The translations under genes were made by a program, and so were the position numbers. 61,896 nt of DNA. It comes from Acidobacteriota bacterium (GTDB lineage Bacteria; Acidobacteriota; Vicinamibacteria; Vicinamibacterales; 2-12-FULL-66-21). Positions 20,543 through 30,292 of this stretch are shown piece by piece (the stretch's first letter is position 1; each line of letters begins with the position of its first letter). The DNA lies in the NCBI GenBank assembly GCA_046731735.1, contig JBKPLP010000010.1, forward strand, positions 1 through 61,896. Direction: 5' to 3'. The notes beneath the pieces were generated by a model. The model did not search any database. It worked only from the letters and a program-made list of their open reading frames with translations, and had not been told where the DNA came from.

Positions 20543-22152
20543 CATTTCATCTCCGCGAGCATCCGTTTGGCGTCGGCTGAGTTCGGATCGAGTGCCAGCG
20601 CGCGCGTCAGCTGCTCACGAGCCGCGGCGCTGTCACGTAATGTGACGTAAGCCTCGGCGAGCGCGATCCGGGCCGCCGCGGTGTCCTGACTCCAGATCGA
20701 GATTTTCAGCGCCTCGACCGCTTCCTGGGGACGTCCTCCCCTCAGGTGGATACGCCCGATGAGCAGGTGCGCCTGTGCTTCGTAGGGCGAGAGATACACC
20801 GCGCGGCGGAGTTCCGCCATCGCCTCTGTGTCCTCCTCGCGTTCGTAGAGCCGCCGGCCCCGTTCGAGATGGAACGTGGCCAGCTCGCGCTGGTCGCGCT
20901 GTGCCGAGTTGGCGATCGCCTGCTCCGGCCGAAGGCCGCGCGGCGCCTCGATATCGGTTCTGACGCGCTCGAGCTCCTTGGGAACGGGAAGCTTGTCGGC
21001 CGCCGCGCGTCGCTCGAGTTCCTCATACCGCGACGACAATTGCCGGGCGAGCGCCTTCTCCCGCTCCGCCTCCACCGTGCTGCCCGACGCAAGCAGCGCC
21101 GCGGCGAGGACGTAATGAGCGTCGGCATCGGCAGGATTCCGCCGCAGCGCTTCGCGCAGCCAGTAGATCGCCCCCTGAGTATTGTGTTCGAGAACGTAGG
21201 CGTAGCCCAAATTGAACAGCGAATCGGGGTCTCCGGGATCCGCGTCCGCCGCCTTCGTCAGGTAGTACGTCGCGCTGCCCGCCTGCAGCGAGGCGCCGCG
21301 GCGGATCTGCACGACCCCCAGGTTGTTCAACGCCGCCGCGTTCGACGCTGTGGCGGCACCCGCGCCCTCGAGCCACGTCTTGAACGTGTCGAACGCTTCG
21401 TCGTACCGCTTCAGATCCAGCAGCGACAGGCCGGCGAGGAACCGGGCGTGGCGCGCGAGCGTCGACGTCGCCGGCACACGGCGTGCGGCGGCCAGGGCGG
21501 CCGCATCATCGCCCTGGTCTGTGCGCACGTTCCACAGCGCGAGCTCCGCGCGGTCGTACCCGGCGTACTGTTGCGCCGCGGTTTCCAGGAACTTCGCCTG
21601 CGTGGCCGGACTCTCGGCGATGAGTCCCTTCACGTAATTCTCGAATGCGTCGAGCGGTGGACGGGCCGCGCTCGCGCTCGGGCGCGCCTCAGGGGCAAGC
21701 CGCTGCGCGAGGCGTTGGTAGATCCCGAAGAGGTCCTTCAGCGGCGCACGATCCGAAACCGGCGGCTGCAACCGGCCGACGTCGATCCGGATGCTGTGCG
21801 CATCTACTTTCAGGGTATCGCCCTCGAGGGTGAAGGTGCCGACGATGACTTCGGATGCTCCGACGAGGTTTCCAACCTTGATGATCGTGGCGCGGCTCAA
21901 CGATGCCGACGACGGCACGTGGAGCTCGTCGAGCGCACGCACGCGTTCGTCGCGCCCGATTGCTGGAAGACCACGCGCGTTCAGCTCGTCGGTAAGCAGA
22001 ATCGCGGAGGCCTCCGAGAGCCAGTAGACTCGTGCGTCACGCTGCGTGTTTTCGAACGGGACCACGAGAATACGAGTGCCTGGCGCCTGGGCCGCCGCCG
22101 GCTGGACGGCCGTCACCGCCAGCGCCGCCGCAAGAATCCAGGCCCCCACCAT
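20542..22152 (-). CDS. Secreted TPR protein with a CsgG/TolB-N-like N-terminal domain
   Basis: Signal peptide, ILVVPFEN, TPR motifs (ALNNLG, LFNLGY, ALALDP). Confidence 0.8.
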   Translation of the reverse strand: MVGAWILAAALAVTAVQPAAAQAPGTRILVVPFENTQRDARVYWLSEASAILLTDELNARGLPAIGRDERVRALDELHVPSSASLSRATIIKVGNLVGASEVIVGTFTLEGDTLKVDAHSIRIDVGRLQPPVSDRAPLKDLFGIYQRLAQRLAPEARPSASAARPPLDAFENYVKGLIAESPATQAKFLETAAQQYAGYDRAELALWNVRTDQGDDAAALAAARRVPATSTLARHARFLAGLSLLDLKRYDEAFDTFKTWLEGAGAATASNAAALNNLGVVQIRRGASLQAGSATYYLTKAADADPGDPDSLFNLGYAYVLEHNTQGAIYWLREALRRNPADADAHYVLAAALLASGSTVEAEREKALARQLSSRYEELERRAAADKLPVPKELERVRTDIEAPRGLRPEQAIANSAQRDQRELATFHLERGRRLYEREEDTEAMAELRRAVYLSPYEAQAHLLIGRIHLRGGRPQEAVEALKISIWSQDTAAARIALAEAYVTLRDSAAAREQLTRALALDPNSADAKRMLAEMK

Positions 22153-22751
22153 CACGCCACCGCCGGTTGTTCGACGGACGCGCCGTTGACGACCACAGAC
22201 AGGAGACAACCCTTACGTCCCCCCGCGGCGCGGCATTCGCTCACCCGCGCGGCGGCGTCCAGGGCAAAGAGCTGCATGACGCGCCTGGTCGCCGACGCAT
22301 AGAACCCGCACAGCGGCAGGATCGACGTCTCGCGCACCTCGCAGAAGAGCGACCCGCGCAGATCAATGGAGGCGTTTCCCCGCTTCACCTTCACGATGGC
22401 ACGTGATCCCGGGTAGGTCGCGCGAACGAGGTGACGCGCGGTCCGCAGCCCCGCTCGGATGCGAAGTCCCGCTGGCAGGGAGAGGATGACCCGCCGCTCG
22501 AACCCGCTGATGCTGTTGACGGTCCAGTCTGCGGCGTATTCGCCGGCCCGCGACGTAACCCGGTCGTACGCATCCCCTTCGGTGCGGAGGAAACTGAGCA
22601 CCGCGGAGAGCGGCGCCAGCCCGATCGTTCCCTCACGCAAGCCGGAGACGTTCAGCCAGTTCTCGTAGAACTCGAGCCGGTTCGGCAAGACATCGCCGAT
22701 TGCCTGGTGCAGGCTTGCGACCAGCACTCGTCCAATCCTGGGTTCGCTCAT
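22152..22751 (-). CDS. V4R-domain (BchJ-like) protein
   Basis: FC...LCGFY...VSECRAAGG..C cysteine pattern of V4R domains. Confidence 0.55.
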   Translation of the reverse strand: MSEPRIGRVLVASLHQAIGDVLPNRLEFYENWLNVSGLREGTIGLAPLSAVLSFLRTEGDAYDRVTSRAGEYAADWTVNSISGFERRVILSLPAGLRIRAGLRTARHLVRATYPGSRAIVKVKRGNASIDLRGSLFCEVRETSILPLCGFYASATRRVMQLFALDAAARVSECRAAGGRKGCLLSVVVNGASVEQPAVA

Positions 22752-22804
22752 CGCTGGTGGGTCCGCCCGAAAGCAAACCGAACAGATTTGATACCCTTGA
22801 GCGC

Positions 22805-23455
22805 TTGGAGACTGGCAACCGGCCCGCGCTGGCGGCGGCGATCCTCGCCGGTGGCCGGGCGAGACGGCTCGGCGGCATCAACAAAGCGGCGATGGAGATC
22901 GGCGGCACGCCGATTGTCGATCGCCAGCTGGCAGCGCTGCGGTCCGTGGCCAGCGACGTATTCGTCGTCGGGCATCCCGATCCCCTCTGGACGGCGCGCG
23001 CGCTGCGAGTCGTTGCCGACGAGATCGCCGACGCGGGGCCGCTGGGCGGCATTTATACCGCGTTGCTCCACTCCCCTGCCGACCGGACGCTCGTCGTGGC
23101 CTGCGACATGCCCTTCATCGCGCCCGACGTGCTCGAGCGGCTCGCCGCCGTGGCGGACGCGGATGTGGTCGTGGCGCGCAGCGGACGCGGCCTCGAGCCG
23201 CTCTGCGCCATTTACTCGCGCGCCTGTGCCGCCAAGATCCGGGAACGGATCGAGCGGGGGGAGTACGCGGCGTCGACGATCCCTGAGGGCTTCCGGGTCG
23301 CCGAAGTGGGCGTGGAACGTGCCCTCGTATTCGTGAACGTCAACACGCCGCATGATTACGAGCGCGCCAAAGGACTGATTGAAAGGCAGCTTGAACCGGA
23401 AGAAGATCGTATCACGACTGGACGAGACGGCCCCATGACGGACACCGATTCATGA
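22805..23455 (+). CDS. mobA: Molybdenum cofactor guanylyltransferase
   Basis: ILAGGRARRLGG.NKA, GPLGGI, VACDMPF, EPLCAIY, NVNTP; start at TTG 22805 is inferred. Confidence 0.88.
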   Translation: METGNRPALAAAILAGGRARRLGGINKAAMEIGGTPIVDRQLAALRSVASDVFVVGHPDPLWTARALRVVADEIADAGPLGGIYTALLHSPADRTLVVACDMPFIAPDVLERLAAVADADVVVARSGRGLEPLCAIYSRACAAKIRERIERGEYAASTIPEGFRVAEVGVERALVFVNVNTPHDYERAKGLIERQLEPEEDRITTGRDGPMTDTDS

Positions 23456-25458
23456 TTCTCCCGATCCACCGCCTGGTCCGCGCGCGGATCGCCGAGGCGG
23501 TCACGCGCCTGTACAGCGTTCCACCGGACGATCCCGTGCTCGCGGCGATCCCGATCGAGCCCGCGCCGCGGCGTGCCCTCGGAGACCTCGCGGTCCCGGT
23601 CGCATTCGAGCTCGCCCGCCGGTTGCGCAAGGCGCCGCGGGTCATCGCCCAGGAACTCGCCGGCGCTCTCGGAACCATCGAAGGCGTTTCGCGCATCGAG
23701 GCCGCTCCGAACGGTTACGTCAACCTGTTTCTCGATCGTCCGGCCTTCGTCCGTCAGTGGCTGGCGGGCACCACCCCGTCCACATCGTCCGACGGCAAGG
23801 CCATCGTAGAGCACACCGCGATCAATCCCAACAAGGCGGCGCACATCGGACACCTGCGCAATGCCGCGCTGGGTGACTCGTTCGGCCGCCTGCTGCGGTT
23901 CCTGGGTCGCGACGTCGAGGTCCAGAACTACATCGACGACACCGGCGTGCAGGTCGCGGACGTGGCGCTCGGATTCCGCGAGCTCGAACACAAGACGCTC
24001 GACGAGGTCCGCGCGATCGCCGACGCCGGCCGCTTCGACTACTACTGCTGGGATCTGTATGCGCGGGTCACCGAATGGTACGAGGAAGACAAGGAGCGCC
24101 TGCAGGTCCGCGCGCGTGCCCTGCACGACATCGAGCGCGGCGGGAACGACACCTCCGACCTGGCTCACTTCATCGCGGATCGGATCGTCCGCGCCCATTT
24201 GCAGACGATGCGCAGGATGAATATCGGATACGACCTGCTTACCTGGGAAGGCGACATCCTGCGGCTGCACTTCTGGACGCACGCGTTCGAATTCCTGAAG
24301 CGGACGGGCGCCGTGTTCCTGCAGACGGAAGGCAAACTGAACGGCTGCTGGGTGATGCGGATCGACGACGCAGCCGGTGACACGCCGTCAGCCGGCGAGC
24401 CGGCCCCTGAGGGCGAAGAAGAGCCGCGCGAGAAAGTGATCGTCCGATCCGACGGGACCGTGACTTACGTCGGCAAGGACATGGCCTACCAGCTGTGGAA
24501 GTTCGGCCTGCTCGGCAAGGACTTTCACTACCGCGTGTTCGACAACGGCCCGCCGGCGTTGTGGTCGACCACGTCCAATCCCGGTACGCCGGCCCCCGGA
24601 ACGCCGGCGTTCGGCCGGGCGTCCTGGGTATGCAACGTGATCGACACGCGGCAGTCGTACTTGCAGAAGCTGTTGAAGCAGGCGCTCGCCGCGCTCGGCT
24701 ACACGGAACAGGCCGCGCATTCTATTCACTATTCCTATGAGATGGTTGTGCTCTCGCATGCGACCGCTCGCGAGCTCGGGTACGACACGAGCGAAGACGC
24801 GGAACGCCCGTTCGTCGAGGTTTCAGGGCGGAAGGGGCTTGGCGTCAAAGCGGACGATCTGCTGGATCGGCTCTCGGAAAAGGCGGCACACGAGGTGTCC
24901 AAGCGCAACCCGGAGCTTGCGCCCGCCGAGGTTCGCGCGATCGCCAGCGCCATCGCGACCGCCGCCGTGCGCTACTTCATGGTGAAGTTCTCGCGCGGCA
25001 AGGTCATCATCTTCGATATCGACGAGGCGCTCAGCTTCGAAGGGGAAAGCGGCCCGTACCTGCAGTACGCGGTCGTCCGTGCGAACAACATTTTCAACAA
25101 GCTGCAGGAACGGCACGGGGTTGATGCGGCTGGGGTGGTCGCGGCGCTCGGTCATACACCAGTCGACGTGCTCACTGCACAGGATGATGAGGCGCACGAT
25201 CTGTGGGGACTCGTCCTCGAAGCGGCGCGGCTGGACGAAATCGTGGAACAGGCGGTCCGCACCCTGGAGCTGTCAGTCGTGGCCAAATACGCGTTCGGGC
25301 TCGCGCAGAGGTTCAACGGGTTCTACCACAAGTATTCCATCCTCAACGAAGAGCGTGCCGACGTGCGCACCTGGCGTGCCGCGGCTGTCGCCTACTACCG
25401 CACCCAGCTCGCCAAGGCGCTGGAATTGATGGGATGTGCGGTACCGGCCAAGATGTGA
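23452..25458 (+). CDS. argS: Arginyl-tRNA synthetase
   Basis: EHTAINPNKAAHIGHLRN, VSGRKG, FEGESGPYLQY. Confidence 0.95.
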   Translation: MILPIHRLVRARIAEAVTRLYSVPPDDPVLAAIPIEPAPRRALGDLAVPVAFELARRLRKAPRVIAQELAGALGTIEGVSRIEAAPNGYVNLFLDRPAFVRQWLAGTTPSTSSDGKAIVEHTAINPNKAAHIGHLRNAALGDSFGRLLRFLGRDVEVQNYIDDTGVQVADVALGFRELEHKTLDEVRAIADAGRFDYYCWDLYARVTEWYEEDKERLQVRARALHDIERGGNDTSDLAHFIADRIVRAHLQTMRRMNIGYDLLTWEGDILRLHFWTHAFEFLKRTGAVFLQTEGKLNGCWVMRIDDAAGDTPSAGEPAPEGEEEPREKVIVRSDGTVTYVGKDMAYQLWKFGLLGKDFHYRVFDNGPPALWSTTSNPGTPAPGTPAFGRASWVCNVIDTRQSYLQKLLKQALAALGYTEQAAHSIHYSYEMVVLSHATARELGYDTSEDAERPFVEVSGRKGLGVKADDLLDRLSEKAAHEVSKRNPELAPAEVRAIASAIATAAVRYFMVKFSRGKVIIFDIDEALSFEGESGPYLQYAVVRANNIFNKLQERHGVDAAGVVAALGHTPVDVLTAQDDEAHDLWGLVLEAARLDEIVEQAVRTLELSVVAKYAFGLAQRFNGFYHKYSILNEERADVRTWRAAAVAYYRTQLAKALELMGCAVPAKM

Positions 25459-25471
25459 CATGGAAAATGCG

Positions 25472-26173
25472 ATGGCCGATAGAGTGCCTGTGATTGGCGT
25501 GACCCGCTGCAGCAGACTGGACGACTACCTGGCGTCGGTCGAGCAGGCTGGAGCACGAGCGCGCGTGCTCGAAGTGAGCGAGAGTCCCCGCGCACTCGTC
25601 GAAACGCTGGACGCCGTCCTTCTCACCGGCGGCGGCGACGTCGATCCCGTGCTGTATGGCGAAGAACGACATCCCAGCGTAGAGGATGCGGAGCCGGGAC
25701 GCGACGAGTTCGAGATCGATCTCGCGCGGCGCGCAATGGAAGCAGATATGCCGCTGCTCGCCATCTGCCGCGGCGCGCAGGTACTCAACGTCGCTGCCGG
25801 CGGCACGCTGGTCCAGGACATCCCGTCGTCGGTCACGACCGACCTTTCGCACACGCTCACGGAGCCGAAGGACTGCGTCGCGCATCCGATTGAAGTCGCG
25901 CGCGGCTCCCGGCTCCACGCCGCGCTCGGCGACGCCGTGGACGCCGCGTGCACGTGCCGCGTGAACAGCCGGCATCATCAATCGGTGGGAATGCTGGGCC
26001 GCGAGCTTGTGGCGTCAGCGGTCGCGCCAGACGGCGTGATTGAAGCGATCGAGGCGCCGAAGAGCAGGTTTTGCGTCGGTGTGCAGTGGCACCCGGAGAA
26101 TTTCTGGCGAACCGGAGAGTTCAGACCGCTGTTCGACGCCTTCGTGGAGGCCGCACGGCTTCGGGAGGAGTGA
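25472..26173 (+). CDS. Class I glutamine amidotransferase (PuuD / peptidase C26 family)
   Basis: LTGGGDVDP, AICRGAQ, NSRHHQ, GVQWHPE; start could be 25460. Confidence 0.88.
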   Translation: MADRVPVIGVTRCSRLDDYLASVEQAGARARVLEVSESPRALVETLDAVLLTGGGDVDPVLYGEERHPSVEDAEPGRDEFEIDLARRAMEADMPLLAICRGAQVLNVAAGGTLVQDIPSSVTTDLSHTLTEPKDCVAHPIEVARGSRLHAALGDAVDAACTCRVNSRHHQSVGMLGRELVASAVAPDGVIEAIEAPKSRFCVGVQWHPENFWRTGEFRPLFDAFVEAARLREE

Positions 26174-26563
26174 CTACTCCGGTGCGGCGGGGCTCTCGCC
26201 GGCCCAGCCGAATGCCTCCAGGGCGACGGCCGCGAGTTCCCTGATTTGCCCCCAATTGGGGTCATGCCTGAGCGCAGCTTCAGACCACATATCCGCGTCG
26301 ACCTCGCTCGCGAGGCGCGACATGGTGGCAAGTTGATCGTCGATCGCGGCCAGGCTGGCAAGCTGGGCTTCCGACAACTCGCGGTCCTCCCGGCCGCGAA
26401 CGGCGGCAGCGCTGTTATCAAAATCCAAGACGAGCTCGTCGGCTTGCGCGACCGCGTCGGGAAACAACGCCAATTGCTCCGAAGGCGGAGCCGCCAGCGC
26501 CTGCAGGCTCCATTTCAAGTGGCGGAACTGGGCGTCTTTATCGAGCGACTCGTTGGTGAACAT
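26174..26563 (-). CDS. Hypothetical acidic protein
   Basis: 129-aa ORF filling the gap with plausible composition; no motif recognised. Confidence 0.6.
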   Translation of the reverse strand: MFTNESLDKDAQFRHLKWSLQALAAPPSEQLALFPDAVAQADELVLDFDNSAAAVRGREDRELSEAQLASLAAIDDQLATMSRLASEVDADMWSEAALRHDPNWGQIRELAAVALEAFGWAGESPAAPE

Positions 26564-26615
26564 CCGCAGGTCGTTTATACATCAAGCCGCGCGTTCAATC
26601 GTGCCGCGCGACCCC

Positions 26616-27899
26616 TCATTTTATGAATACGCCCAGCGTCTCCACATGCGGCGTATTAGGAAACAGATCGAATCCCTCGAGTGATTCCATCGAGTACCCG
26701 GCATCGAGCAACCGCCGCGCATCCCGGGCCATCGTGGGCGGATCGCAGGAGACGTAAGCCACTCGCGACGCGCCATGATGGGCGATAGCCTCCATGGCCT
26801 CTCTCGAAATTCCGGTCCGCGGCGGATCGACCAGGATTGTGTCGGCGGCATGTCGTCGCGGGGCGACCTGATCTTCAACGCGACCGACGACGACCTTCAG
26901 GGCTGCCGCGTAAGGCGCCGCGTTCTCCTTCAGATCCGCAGCCGAGCTGCGATCCCCTTCAACCGCGACGATGCGCGGGTGTCCGGTCGCGGCGAGCGCC
27001 ACGCAAAACAACCCCACGCCCGCGTACAGATCCAGCACGACTCCGTCCGCCGGGACCGCATCGAGCACGCGCGTGACGAGCGACGGGAGCAGAAAACGGT
27101 TCCCCTGAAAGAACGAGACCGGGCGGCGGCGCAGTAACCCCGTACTGCTGCGTCCGGCCGTCAAGCGAAGCAGCGTATCGCCGACGACCGCATCACCTGC
27201 ATGAACGAGCGGCCCGACGGGTCCGCGCGCGGTACACCCGGTCAGCTGTGCGGTTTCCACCGCGGCGATGAGCGCGTCGTGCGCCGGCTGCGCATCCTCG
27301 GCCAGATCGATGTGCATCGCGCGCTCGTCCGCCGGAATGTTCTCGCTGACGACGATGGTCAGCGGTCGGACGCCGCGCGCCAGAAGAACCGCGACGACCT
27401 CCTCGACGGCGGCGATTGTCTGCGCCGACAGCAGCCGGGACGCGCGCCCGTCGCACACATCGTGCGTGCCTTCTCGATAGAAGCCCACCCGCTCATCTTT
27501 CACGTGGAAGCGCGCGCGCATGCGGTAGTCGTGTTCGGGCGACGCGGCGACGTGAACTCCGGCAGACTCGTCCAGGGGAATCCGCCCGATACGCGTGAAT
27601 GCGTCGACGATGATCTGTGCCTTGAGCGCAACCTGGCGGGGATACGCGATGTGCGCGAAGAGGACCCCGCCGCACGCAGGATCGGAAGGCGGATCGCGCC
27701 GGTCGGAAGACGGCTCGAGAATCTCCGTCGCCGACGCGAACGCCATACGTTTTTCTGCGCGGTCGATGCGGACGGTGGCGCGCTCGCCGGGAATCACGCC
27801 GGCAACCAGCAAGACCTGGCCTTCGTAGCGCGCAATCATGCGGCCGCCCGCGGCGGGCTTTTCGATCGTGACGTCGATCAGAGCGCCGGGACTCAACAT
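26616..27899 (-). CDS. RlmD/RumA-family RNA m5U methyltransferase with TRAM domain
   Basis: IPGE, YRMRARF, FFQGN, LDLYAGVGLF, VDPPRTG, YVSCDP..ARD, DLFPNTPHVE. Confidence 0.88.
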   Translation of the reverse strand: MLSPGALIDVTIEKPAAGGRMIARYEGQVLLVAGVIPGERATVRIDRAEKRMAFASATEILEPSSDRRDPPSDPACGGVLFAHIAYPRQVALKAQIIVDAFTRIGRIPLDESAGVHVAASPEHDYRMRARFHVKDERVGFYREGTHDVCDGRASRLLSAQTIAAVEEVVAVLLARGVRPLTIVVSENIPADERAMHIDLAEDAQPAHDALIAAVETAQLTGCTARGPVGPLVHAGDAVVGDTLLRLTAGRSSTGLLRRRPVSFFQGNRFLLPSLVTRVLDAVPADGVVLDLYAGVGLFCVALAATGHPRIVAVEGDRSSAADLKENAAPYAAALKVVVGRVEDQVAPRRHAADTILVDPPRTGISREAMEAIAHHGASRVAYVSCDPPTMARDARRLLDAGYSMESLEGFDLFPNTPHVETLGVFIK

Positions 27900-28594
27900 C
27901 ACTCGTAGGTCAGAACCGGGAGGCCGATCGCGTCCCGCACCAGCCGCCTGAACGCCGCGGCGCGCGCCCGTTCGAGCGCCGCCCCCGGCATGCGCTGCGC
28001 AAAGGGGGCGAGTTCCCCGTCCGCCTCTGTATGGAGGACGGCTTTCGTCTCCGCATCGACTTCCTGCGCCGCCGCTTCCACCATTTCGTCGTCGAGCACG
28101 CGAAGGCGATTGATGATATCGGCGCGTGCCTCCCCTCGCACGGTCCGCGCGTCGGCCGCCAGGTGATCGAGCTGGCGGACAATGCCGTCGATGCGCTCGC
28201 CAAACCCGTCACTGCGGCTGCCGCCGGCGCGCAAAGACGTCAGCCGCGCGACGACGCGCTCGATATGCGCCGCCAGCGCGGGCTTCTTCGGCGCCGGCTC
28301 CCCAGGCCCGGCGCCCGACGCTGTCGCGACGCCAACCGCGCGCCGCCAGCCGTCGAACAGATCGAGGATGTCCGCCTCGCAGAACTCGATGCGCACGGGA
28401 CGCCGTCGCGGCCCTTTGGCGTAATAGCGCTCGCAGTACTGGTCGATGCCGCGGAATGCGATCTTCAACGGTACGCCCTGGGTCGCCCAGCCGCACACCT
28501 GTTCGAAGGCAGGGCCGACAATGCGGATCAAGTGGCCTTCGTTCTTGCGGCACAGATAGGCTTCGACTTCCCGGCAATAGTCTTCGGGGTTCAT
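27899..28594 (-). CDS. Hypothetical protein, possibly DnaD-like
   Basis: ORF coupled to its neighbours; W..QGVPLKIAFRGID helical motif; start could be 28603. Confidence 0.7.
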   Translation of the reverse strand: MNPEDYCREVEAYLCRKNEGHLIRIVGPAFEQVCGWATQGVPLKIAFRGIDQYCERYYAKGPRRRPVRIEFCEADILDLFDGWRRAVGVATASGAGPGEPAPKKPALAAHIERVVARLTSLRAGGSRSDGFGERIDGIVRQLDHLAADARTVRGEARADIINRLRVLDDEMVEAAAQEVDAETKAVLHTEADGELAPFAQRMPGAALERARAAAFRRLVRDAIGLPVLTYE

Positions 28595-28607
28595 GCAGCT
28601 CACAAAT

Positions 28608-28685
28608 GCCGGGGCTGAAGCCCCGGCCTACGCGGCGCGCGGCCCTTATGAGCCGCCAGTGTAGGGCGGCCCTCTATGGGCCGCC
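28608..28685. repeat. Cluster of three GTAG-type REP-like palindromes
   Basis: GCCGGGGCTGAAGCCCCGGC-CTAC, a degenerate middle copy, and GTAG-GGCGGCCC-TCTAT-GGGCCGCC. Confidence 0.8.
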
Positions 28686-29468
28686 GCTTCGATTTCGCTT
28701 CCAGACCAAGCGAAGCCCTTGCAGCGTCAGGTCGGGATCGACGCGCTCGATGGCGGCCGACTCGCCGGCGATGATGTCTGCCATGCCGCCGGTCGCGATG
28801 CACGCGGCTTCGCCGCCGCGCTCGAGCTCGGCGCGCATGCGCGCCACGATGCCGTCCACCATGCAGACGTAACCAAAAAACAGTCCCGACTGCATCGACG
28901 TCACGGTCGTGCGGCCGATGACCGCGGGAGGCTTGCGCACGTCGACGCGCGGCAGCCGCGCCGCGCGCTGAAACAACGCATCCGCGGAGATGCCGATTCC
29001 CGGACAGATCACGCCGCCGATGTATTCACCTGCCGCCGAAATCGCGTCGAAGGTAGTCGCGGTGCCGAAGTCGACGACAATCACGGGCGACTTCGACCGG
29101 CGGCCATAGGCTTCGTAGGCGGCCACCGCGTTGACGACGCGGTCCGCACCGACGTCGGCTATTGGCTCATACAGGACCGGCATGCCGGTGTTGGAAACAG
29201 GATCCACGGTGAGCGGTGAGCGCCCGAAGTAGCGGAGCGCCATTTCCTCCATCGTGCCGGTCAGCGGCGGCACGACCGAAGAAAGGATGATCCCGTCGAC
29301 GCGTTCGAGGGGGATGCGGCTGCGCTCGAAGAGATGGGTGACCAGGATGCCGATCTCATCGGCCGTCCGTTCGCGCAGCGTCGCGAGGCGCCAGCTCTCG
29401 GCGAGCCGATCGCCGTCGAAGACGCCGAGGACGATATTGGTGTTGCCGACGTCAATGGCGAGCAACAT
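28674..29468 (-). CDS. coaX: Type III pantothenate kinase
   Basis: LAIDVGNTN, GADR, VDFGTATTFD, ATGG. Confidence 0.95.
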   Translation of the reverse strand: MLLAIDVGNTNIVLGVFDGDRLAESWRLATLRERTADEIGILVTHLFERSRIPLERVDGIILSSVVPPLTGTMEEMALRYFGRSPLTVDPVSNTGMPVLYEPIADVGADRVVNAVAAYEAYGRRSKSPVIVVDFGTATTFDAISAAGEYIGGVICPGIGISADALFQRAARLPRVDVRKPPAVIGRTTVTSMQSGLFFGYVCMVDGIVARMRAELERGGEAACIATGGMADIIAGESAAIERVDPDLTLQGLRLVWKRNRSGGP

Positions 29469-29488
29469 ACATTACTTCCCGCGCAGCG

Positions 29489-30292
29489 CTATCGCCAGCG
29501 AAGCTCGCCGGAGATGATCCGCTCGATGCGCGCGCCGACCTTGACCAGCAGCGCGCCGTCATCATCGACGCCAGCCGCGGTGCCGCGCAGATCGCCCGCG
29601 TCCGTCGTCCATTCAACCGTCGCGCCGCGTGAGGACGGCGCCAGCGCCCGCCAGCGCGCAAGCACGTCGCCGCGCTCGCCCGACGCCAGCCGATCGAATA
29701 CCGAACGGAACGACGCCAGGGTTTCGACGAGCACCGCACCCGCGTCCGCTGGACGTCCGAGCTCGGTCTCAATCGATGTTGCGCGATCGGCAAGCTCCGG
29801 CGGATACGCCGCCGGCCGCAGGTTGATGCCGAATCCAAGGATGACGTACTGCAGACCGTCGGCGCCAGTCGAGGCCTCGGCGAGAATGCCGGCGACCTTC
29901 CGGCGCGCACGGCCCCCCTGCTCGCTGACGATGTCGTTCGGCCACTTGATGAACACCGGAAGGCCGGTCGCGCTACGGATGCCATCGGCGACGGCCACGC
30001 CAGCCGCGAGCGTCAGCAGCGGTGCCGCGGCGGCATTGCGGCAGACCAGTGAAACGTAGAGACCTGCGCCCTCCGGCGAGAACCACGGCCGGCCGAAGCG
30101 GCCACGGCCAGCGGTCTGGCGTTCCGCCATGACGGCCGCGCCTTCCGGCGCACCGTGTTCGGCGAGCATTGCCGCCACGTCGTTGGTCGAACCGGTCTCA
30201 GCGAAGAAATAGAGCGGCTCGCCAAAACAGCCTCGCCGTGCCACGCTGCTCGCGAGGGCCGCGGCGATGTGCTGCGGGACAGGATCAGACAT
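29489..30292 (-). CDS. birA: Biotin--protein ligase (no DNA-binding domain)
   Basis: STND, QTAGRGRFGRPW, KWPND, KVAGIL, GIN. Confidence 0.93.
   Translation of the reverse strand: MSDPVPQHIAAALASSVARRGCFGEPLYFFAETGSTNDVAAMLAEHGAPEGAAVMAERQTAGRGRFGRPWFSPEGAGLYVSLVCRNAAAAPLLTLAAGVAVADGIRSATGLPVFIKWPNDIVSEQGGRARRKVAGILAEASTGADGLQYVILGFGINLRPAAYPPELADRATSIETELGRPADAGAVLVETLASFRSVFDRLASGERGDVLARWRALAPSSRGATVEWTTDAGDLRGTAAGVDDDGALLVKVGARIERIISGELRWR

Noticed and set aside
22152-22751. Evidence of phototrophy from the BchJ-like gene
   Set aside because: No bch, puf, psc or crt genes in the window, and V4R domains are widespread.
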